Part shown: positions 58,296-64,000 of the stretch, one piece after another | Layout of the letters: each line of letters starts with the position of its first letter | Numbering within the stretch: the first letter of the stretch is position 1 | Virus record (IMG/VR): IMGVR_UViG_3300042887_004553 | Span: 36-64,035 of that record | Reading direction: 5' to 3' (one strand) | Length of the DNA: 64,000 nt | Source of the DNA: a virus | Taxonomy: Duplodnaviria > Caudoviricetes | Notes under the pieces: model-generated | What the model saw: only the letters and a program-made list of their open reading frames with translations | The model's database searches: none | Told to the model about the DNA's origin: nothing | Program-made: the position numbers and the translations under genes

Positions 58296-60661
58296 ACGTC
58301 AACAGGTGCAAATCCTTTAGCATTTAATTGGTTACTTAAACCAACTCCAGCATCTCTAGTTACATTTCCTATATCTGGAGCAGTTAATCCGTTCTCAACC
58401 TTTTTAGATTCAACTATCGTGTTACCATCTACGCCAGCCGCATTACCTCTAACTTCCTCATATGTTCCCTTCAATGTTAAAGGCAAGTTTCTGAATAAGT
58501 GGCTGTGTGGATAAACATAAAAACATCCATCATCTGCCTTTTTCCCACTATCAGTGCTTACCAATGGAACTGGATTACCTGTTATAACTATAGTTGCCGC
58601 GCCACCATTTACTGTAGCTGTGAAACTTGTACCTACAGCAATATATCCTGTAATTTTAGCTGAATTGGGATCAGCGGTTCCATACAATATGTCTTGAGTT
58701 TCTGTTTCTTGAATACACAATGGAGCGGTAATATGTTGAGTGAATAATTCTCCTTGGACAAGGATACCGCCACGACAAACAACGTTACCATCTACAGCTA
58801 AATTATTTTTAATGAAAGTTTGATTGTCGGATTGTATTGAAATATTTGGAGCTTTTAAAGATAAAACTTCACCAGTGGCTATATTTAAACCGCTCTTGGA
58901 ACTTAAATTCAACTGCTCACCTGTGAGTTCTGCAACAGTTCCATACAAACTAAGTGCTCCAGTTGTACTGAGATCAAATCCACCAGAACCACCCAATAAA
59001 TTAACACCCTGTTGGGCATCAATTGTAAATTGACCACCTGGAAATTTATCAACATGAACCTTTTCGACAACAGAGCTTACAACCTGTGATGGGTATAAAC
59101 CCTTATCACCATCCAATTTAATTCCAATATCGTGAGCAGCACCAGCCTTATTGATTCTAATACTGTCTAAATCATTTGCAGCACAACCAACACTTAAGAA
59201 GAAGTCTTTCGTGACATTTAGTATAATACTTCCACCATTTCCTAAGGCATTTTCAGCTTCAAAAAAATCTTCCGCTGACTTTAAATATAAATTTCCTATT
59301 TCGTCTTTCCTTGGATCTTTTGGATAATTACCGCCCATTGTTGATGGGGAAGTACCAGCTCCATTGCAAACTTTACATTTTTCCTTTTTAGGGTACTGTT
59401 CTTTAACGGCATCTTTTATTCCTAACTTGGTTTTAGCACCACCAAAAAGATTCATAGCACTTTTTATAGCACTATCTTTAAATGACATTTGACCACCAGC
59501 TATCGCCGCCTTATTATCTTTATCACCATTTCCACCAGTCAATGTATTCAAAGAACGTCCTTGACTACAAGCTGGACACGGTGGATTTTTTCCAGATTTT
59601 TTCGAAATTGGTGAAGAAAAAAACGAATCAGAGCCAGAATTTTGTGTTTCTGGTAAACTTTTAACTGCATGAATATTTGCCGCAGTATCTTTCCATTTTT
59701 GAGCGGCAGCATAATCGGCAACACCAACTTGTATCTTAATATCACCAGCTACATTTATATCTGAATTATCACCACATTTGAATGAATAGGTATCTTCTAC
59801 TGTAGTAAATTGAGCACCCTTAACCAACTTGCTACTCTGACCCATAACAAGACTTTTTTTACCAGAATTATTAAATTCCGTATGTGATCCACTATCATGA
59901 GCTATGCTCACGGCTTCCTCATTGTCTGTACCATTGAAACTTATACTACCACCCTTATAATTCATTGCTGTCAGCTGTCTTCTTTTCGAATCTTCGGGAT
60001 TACTTTCTTTAGATGGATCATTGTTTTCATATCCACTCGGATAATTAGTGTCGTCGTATATTTGCTTATAAGTACTTGCCGATGGGCTATATCCAAAAAC
60101 AACTGGTGTATTGGGATTGCCTTGTAAGAAAAATAACCAAACTTTAGTATTGACTTGAGGCACACCAAACATTCCCTTTGGTGCATTATAATATGATTGG
60201 GTACTATAAGACGAACCCAAGGGATTAGGGTTATCAGATGAAGATGAGAAACCATCCGATGGGGGATTTTCCTTCACATCAGCACCAGGAGGAGATCCTG
60301 TAGAGTGATCTTCGTCTTCAGATTGTTGATTACCATACGTTGGACTATCTGATATTGTTGCTTTATTACTTGAGGAATTGAATGCACTAAACCCGCCGCC
60401 AGTTATTGGTAAAGAAACCTCAGCCCAAGGTAATTTGAATTTTATTTTTTCAATATACTTTGTCAAATCTACTAATTTTTTACCTTTTGGTTGGTAATTA
60501 GTACCAAATTCTCCAAAATAAAATTCAGAATCATAGTCTTCTTTATCGACATCTATGAGTGCCATATGTAAATGAGGTACAAACACTTTCACTCTACCCA
60601 ATCTATCTGGGTCATTGTTCTGTACGATAACTCCTCTAAAAAAACCTTCTTGTTTTTGCAT
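58292..60661 (-). CDS. g5: Baseplate hub/needle protein (T4 gp5-like, no lysozyme domain evident)
   Basis: FFRGVIVQNNDPDRLGRVKV, PWAEV, VPQVNTKVWLFFLQGNPNTPVVFG OB-fold; HDSGSHTEF; HSH tip motif. Confidence 0.85.
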   Translation of the reverse strand: MQKQEGFFRGVIVQNNDPDRLGRVKVFVPHLHMALIDVDKEDYDSEFYFGEFGTNYQPKGKKLVDLTKYIEKIKFKLPWAEVSLPITGGGFSAFNSSSNKATISDSPTYGNQQSEDEDHSTGSPPGADVKENPPSDGFSSSSDNPNPLGSSYSTQSYYNAPKGMFGVPQVNTKVWLFFLQGNPNTPVVFGYSPSASTYKQIYDDTNYPSGYENNDPSKESNPEDSKRRQLTAMNYKGGSISFNGTDNEEAVSIAHDSGSHTEFNNSGKKSLVMGQSSKLVKGAQFTTVEDTYSFKCGDNSDINVAGDIKIQVGVADYAAAQKWKDTAANIHAVKSLPETQNSGSDSFFSSPISKKSGKNPPCPACSQGRSLNTLTGGNGDKDNKAAIAGGQMSFKDSAIKSAMNLFGGAKTKLGIKDAVKEQYPKKEKCKVCNGAGTSPSTMGGNYPKDPRKDEIGNLYLKSAEDFFEAENALGNGGSIILNVTKDFFLSVGCAANDLDSIRINKAGAAHDIGIKLDGDKGLYPSQVVSSVVEKVHVDKFPGGQFTIDAQQGVNLLGGSGGFDLSTTGALSLYGTVAELTGEQLNLSSKSGLNIATGEVLSLKAPNISIQSDNQTFIKNNLAVDGNVVCRGGILVQGELFTQHITAPLCIQETETQDILYGTADPNSAKITGYIAVGTSFTATVNGGAATIVITGNPVPLVSTDSGKKADDGCFYVYPHSHLFRNLPLTLKGTYEEVRGNAAGVDGNTIVESKKVENGLTAPDIGNVTRDAGVGLSNQLNAKGFAPVDV

Positions 60662-60668
60662 ATGTTTA

Positions 60669-61862
60669 TTATTCTTTAACTCCTTGTGCTATCAATTCGC
60701 CTGGTATGGTTTCCAATGCTTTTAATTTTGCCATGTTTTCCTTCATGCTTGTTAATTTATCTATTTTAGCCTTTGATGCTATAATACCTTCTTTTATTTT
60801 TTTCTTGTCAATTTTATCGCTCGTGACTTCTGTTGGATTTTTTATGATAGCAGTAACTATTCTGGGACGTTTTTTCATATACGCTAAGGCATCTTCCTTT
60901 TTATCGAAATAAATACCAACAACTGGATATGTGGCACTTATACTCAATCCTTTCGATGCTGTAGCAACATCAACACCTTCCCTTTCTTTTTTATCATCAG
61001 AAAAAGTAACCTTATGTCCTATCAATATTCTTGAATTATCGACAGCTAAACTATAATCATTAACCAATTTGCTTCCCGAATTGGCTTTTTTAGCCGCAGC
61101 TTCTGGGACAGCACCTTCACCCTTACCCCAATACACTTGCCTATCAACTGCAATTTTAATGGTACCATCTTTTTCTTTTTGTTTTATGTTGACATTATCA
61201 TTCAAAAGATCCAAATACGCTGAACTATCCAGTTGGTCATGTATTAAACTCTGTTGACTTAAAAGTACGGATGCAGCACCAGCCGCTTCTGTTGCAGTAT
61301 TTGTTGCTTCCTCTACGACTTTTCCAAAAAAATCTGGTTTTGCTAAATCCTTTATTTGTCTTGGAGATAATTTAGTGAAACTTTCAAGACTATTCGTGGC
61401 GGTATTATACATCGCACCCAAACTCTGAGTATTTACATTTAAAGAGGTTGCGCTGTTTAACGTGTCCATTGCAAAATCAGACATTTTTGATGCATTGCTT
61501 TGGATTTCATTAGCAACATTTGATATTTCTTCCAAAAGCTTCTTACCTTCATCGATAGCCCCTTCAACTTCTCCCTTTATGGCATTGAAAGCTCCTTCAA
61601 CTTCACTTTTTAAGTGATCCTTTACACTAGCTAAACCGCTTGCCATTGCATCTTTAATTTCACTCATGGAAATCATTCCAATCTTACCATCTATTCCAGT
61701 TTTCAGTAAATTTTCTGGTAATAATCCCTGAGCTTTTTTCGAAAATTCTGAAAGAAGAGGTACATTTGCCGCATCCAATACTGAATTTAAATCTATCCCT
61801 TCATCTAACTTTCCCGCAAATGCAATTAGATCTTCCTTTATTTCCGATGCGCCAAAATTCAT
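60669..61862 (-). CDS. Hypothetical helical protein, probably baseplate-associated
   Basis: 397 aa, Ala/Lys/Glu-rich; TAAATA 5 nt upstream; adjacent to gp5. Confidence 0.7.
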   Translation of the reverse strand: MNFGASEIKEDLIAFAGKLDEGIDLNSVLDAANVPLLSEFSKKAQGLLPENLLKTGIDGKIGMISMSEIKDAMASGLASVKDHLKSEVEGAFNAIKGEVEGAIDEGKKLLEEISNVANEIQSNASKMSDFAMDTLNSATSLNVNTQSLGAMYNTATNSLESFTKLSPRQIKDLAKPDFFGKVVEEATNTATEAAGAASVLLSQQSLIHDQLDSSAYLDLLNDNVNIKQKEKDGTIKIAVDRQVYWGKGEGAVPEAAAKKANSGSKLVNDYSLAVDNSRILIGHKVTFSDDKKEREGVDVATASKGLSISATYPVVGIYFDKKEDALAYMKKRPRIVTAIIKNPTEVTSDKIDKKKIKEGIIASKAKIDKLTSMKENMAKLKALETIPGELIAQGVKE

Positions 61863-61874
61863 AAAAATATTTAC

Positions 61875-61902
61875 TTGATAATCTCATAATTCCATATATA
61901 AT
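61875..61902 (+). promoter_or_regulatory. Sigma70-type promoter, 7 nt before ATG
   Basis: TTGATA-N16-TATAAT-N7-ATG. Confidence 0.7.
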
Positions 61903-61909
61903 TTGATAA

Positions 61910-62251
61910 ATGGAAGACGTAATTACATCTATCGAGAAAAAATACCCACTTGCAACTGAAGAATTTATAAAAATACAATCTATTCAATATTTAACTTTTT
62001 GTAAAAAATTGAATGATTATGGCCCATATAATGTCACAATGGGTAAAGATATTAAAAATTCAGAAGACATTAAGACTGCACTAAGTGTGATTTTAGTTCG
62101 TATTTCTGATAAATTTCAAAGACTTTTAAATATTCTTTTTTATAAAAAAGAATTAACAGAATCAAACGAACCTTTAATTGACTCCTTCAAGGATCTTGGA
62201 GTTTATGCCATTATTGCTGAAATCATCAATAATGGTAAATGGAATAAATAA
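61910..62251 (+). CDS. Nucleotide-modification-associated domain 1 (DUF1599-like)
   Basis: KKLNDYG...VRISDKFQRL...DSFKDLGVYAII. Confidence 0.75.
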   Translation: MEDVITSIEKKYPLATEEFIKIQSIQYLTFCKKLNDYGPYNVTMGKDIKNSEDIKTALSVILVRISDKFQRLLNILFYKKELTESNEPLIDSFKDLGVYAIIAEIINNGKWNK

Positions 62252-62254
62252 TTT

Positions 62255-62617
62255 TCAATTTAAGGTGAGAAGGTATTTAGTCTTATTCACGGTGGCTAAC
62301 ATTTCATCTCTTATGTTTAAGAGATCCGTGTCTTTTTCATCTAAAATATTGGATAATTCATACGATAGATAATTTGATATTTCTTCTATTGCTGAGTTAT
62401 AATCTAATTCCGATTCTGTTTTTATGTTTATAGAAATAGGAGATAGTTCCTTCCCATATTTTCCGAGCAATATTTCCACGAAATCATCTACTAGACCGTT
62501 CAATGTATCGTATGCTTTACCCAATGCTTTGTGTTTAGAATAAGAATCTGTCTGCCAATGATAATATTTCAATTGATTAACTATTGTCAATAGATTTTGT
62601 ATGATTTTTTGATACAT
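62255..62617 (-). CDS. Ferritin/Dps-like four-helix protein (DUF5856-like)
   Basis: QLKYYHWQT.SYSKHKAL...LVDDFVE; NIRDEML...KTKYLLTL. Confidence 0.8.
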   Translation of the reverse strand: MYQKIIQNLLTIVNQLKYYHWQTDSYSKHKALGKAYDTLNGLVDDFVEILLGKYGKELSPISINIKTESELDYNSAIEEISNYLSYELSNILDEKDTDLLNIRDEMLATVNKTKYLLTLN

Positions 62618-62659
62618 TTTAAATATTTATATTATTGAGTATTTTTTCTAAATAATTTA

Positions 62660-63070
62660 GTGGAAGATTGTAATTGCAAAAAAAATAACAATAAAGATTA
62701 CTCCAAATCTACATTTAATGTCTATTTGAGTAACCTAGCATCAACATTGGTAACAATTTATGGTGATATGTTTCAGTATACGACATTAAATGGCTTATAC
62801 TTATCATCTTCAAACACATCGATACCATCTCTAACAACGTTAAATTTATATTCAAACATAAAATCCATAAGTGGTAGATATCCAGCAATTACGGTATTTC
62901 CAGTCAAAGATTACGATGTTGTTGAAAATTATATTCTTCAATTTAAATTACCAAGTGATTTACCAGTTGGTAATTATGATATAATTTATTTTAATGATGC
63001 GGGTTATTTTAAAGCCTCTAGTACTAAAAGATTTACGTACTTTACTGTAAATAGTTCACCAACTCCATAA
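62660..63070 (+). CDS. Hypothetical beta-rich (Ig-like?) protein
   Basis: GTG start 5 nt after TAAATA; LPVGNYDIIYFNDAGY. Confidence 0.65.
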   Translation: MEDCNCKKNNNKDYSKSTFNVYLSNLASTLVTIYGDMFQYTTLNGLYLSSSNTSIPSLTTLNLYSNIKSISGRYPAITVFPVKDYDVVENYILQFKLPSDLPVGNYDIIYFNDAGYFKASSTKRFTYFTVNSSPTP

Positions 63071-63110
63071 AAATAAATTTAAAAAATAAATTTCTCATCT
63101 AAATATAATT

Positions 63111-64000
63111 ATGGCTAATATCAACTTCACAGAATTCAATTTAAGAACATCTCCTCTAACTGGTGATTTTCTTGTTGGATATGATGAAAATAGTTCCAAT
63201 GAAATTAGAATGGAAATTAAAGATGTTTTATCTTTAATAAACAGCGCAAAATATGAAAGCGTGTATTCATCTGTGAATGTTACAAGTGCCAATTGGGATT
63301 CAGTTTACAGTAATGTGAATTCCAATTCCGCTTCTTGGGATAGTGTAATTGATGTTAAACATGAATCATCGACAAATTATATTTTACAACAATCGGACGT
63401 AGATTCCTTATTAACGTTTAATACGACAACTTTAACTCGCGTTATAATTCCAACTGACTCTGTTTTAAATGTCCCAATAGGATCACATTTAACTGTGATG
63501 AGAAAAGGTAGCGGTTTTGTCGATTTATCAGCCTCTTTTGGTGTCAGCTTATTAAGTGTAAATTCTTTCACATTTTTAAAAAATGTAAATTCCATAGCTA
63601 CACTTGTAAAGTTGAACAATGATGAGTGGTTATTACATGGTGATTTGGATTTGACCCCACCACCAACCCCAACTCCAACCCCAACAAATACGCCTACACC
63701 TACAGTTACACCAACGATCACCCCTACTGTAACGCCGACTAATACTGTAACCCCAACAATAACTCCAACAACAACGCCAACCAATACAGTAACCCCTACT
63801 GTAACTCCAACAACAACGCCAACCAATACTGTAACTCCTACAGTAACACCGACTAATACTGTAACCCCAACAATAACTCCAACAACAACGCCAACCAATA
63901 CTGTAACTCCTACAGTAACACCGACTAATACTGTAACCCCAACAATAACTCCAACAACAACGCCAACCAATACTGTAACTCCTACAGTAACACCGACTAA
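63111..64000 (+). CDS. C-terminally truncated fibre-like protein with SANWDSVY and TPT repeats (absent from ORF track, no stop in window)
   Basis: TAAATA-N5-ATG; MANINFTEF...GDFLVGYD; ...WLLHGDL followed by a TPT array to the window end. Confidence 0.85.
   Translation, partial: MANINFTEFNLRTSPLTGDFLVGYDENSSNEIRMEIKDVLSLINSAKYESVYSSVNVTSANWDSVYSNVNSNSASWDSVIDVKHESSTNYILQQSDVDSLLTFNTTTLTRVIIPTDSVLNVPIGSHLTVMRKGSGFVDLSASFGVSLLSVNSFTFLKNVNSIATLVKLNNDEWLLHGDLDLTPPPTPTPTPTNTPTPTVTPTITPTVTPTNTVTPTITPTTTPTNTVTPTVTPTTTPTNTVTPTVTPTNTVTPTITPTTTPTNTVTPTVTPTNTVTPTITPTTTPTNTVTPTVTPT
63660..64000 (+). repeat. Coding Thr/Pro repeat with 72-nt period
   Basis: 63851-63922 is identical to 63923-63994 ([24 protein letters not shown]). 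Confidence 0.9.

Noticed and set aside
63377-63970. 197-aa minus-strand VGV-repeat ORF
   Set aside because: Shadow of the real plus-strand TPT gene starting at 63111, which has a late promoter
26110-64000. Tandem repeats as a possible CRISPR array
   Set aside because: All repeats are in-frame coding units with no unique spacers; no cas genes
1-64000. Stop-codon reassignment, as in some large phages
   Set aside because: Core genes are full length in the standard code, and TAA, TAG and TGA all end genes at sensible positions
1-64000. tRNA, rRNA or large structured ncRNA genes
   Set aside because: Almost no intergenic space longer than about 100 nt remains after adding the three small ORFs, and no cloverleaf was recognised by eye; tRNAscan/Infernal would be needed to exclude them formally

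Overview
A 64-kb segment of a large, AT-rich, T4-like contractile-tailed dsDNA bacteriophage genome. It uses the standard genetic code, is almost fully coding, and I saw no tRNA or CRISPR array. Recognisable T4-like core genes: major capsid protein (gp23), prohead scaffold (gp22), large terminase (gp17), tail sheath (gp18), tail tube (gp19), gp3-like tail completion protein, gp5-like hub/needle, and several fibre proteins. Other recognisable genes: nrdB and nrdA, a P-loop nucleotide kinase, a GIY-YIG nuclease, a free-standing homing endonuclease, a metallophosphoesterase, Nudix, flavodoxin-fold and ferritin-like proteins, and a spanin/holin/endolysin lysis cassette. Three patterns stand out. 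(1) Two clusters with 12 glycan-building or glycan-modifying enzymes (GT60-like, two GT47, GT77-like, GT23-like, GT2/GT-A, HtrL-GT fusion, pyruvyltransferase, two FkbM), found together with mucin-like Thr/Pro-repeat structural proteins; this is a candidate virion O-glycosylation pathway. (2) About 19 otherwise unrelated proteins share a short N-terminal leader ending in (I/L)-x-E, resembling T4 capsid-targeting/prohead-protease sites, which suggests a large head-packaged cargo that includes enzymes. (3) Most genes have a promoter (late TAAATA box, or TTGnnn-N16-TAnnnT) 4-11 nt before the start codon and no Shine-Dalgarno, implying a largely leaderless transcriptome. I also found three small ORFs missing from the ORF track (35, 55 and 51 aa). 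All family assignments come from motif recognition by eye; no database search was run.
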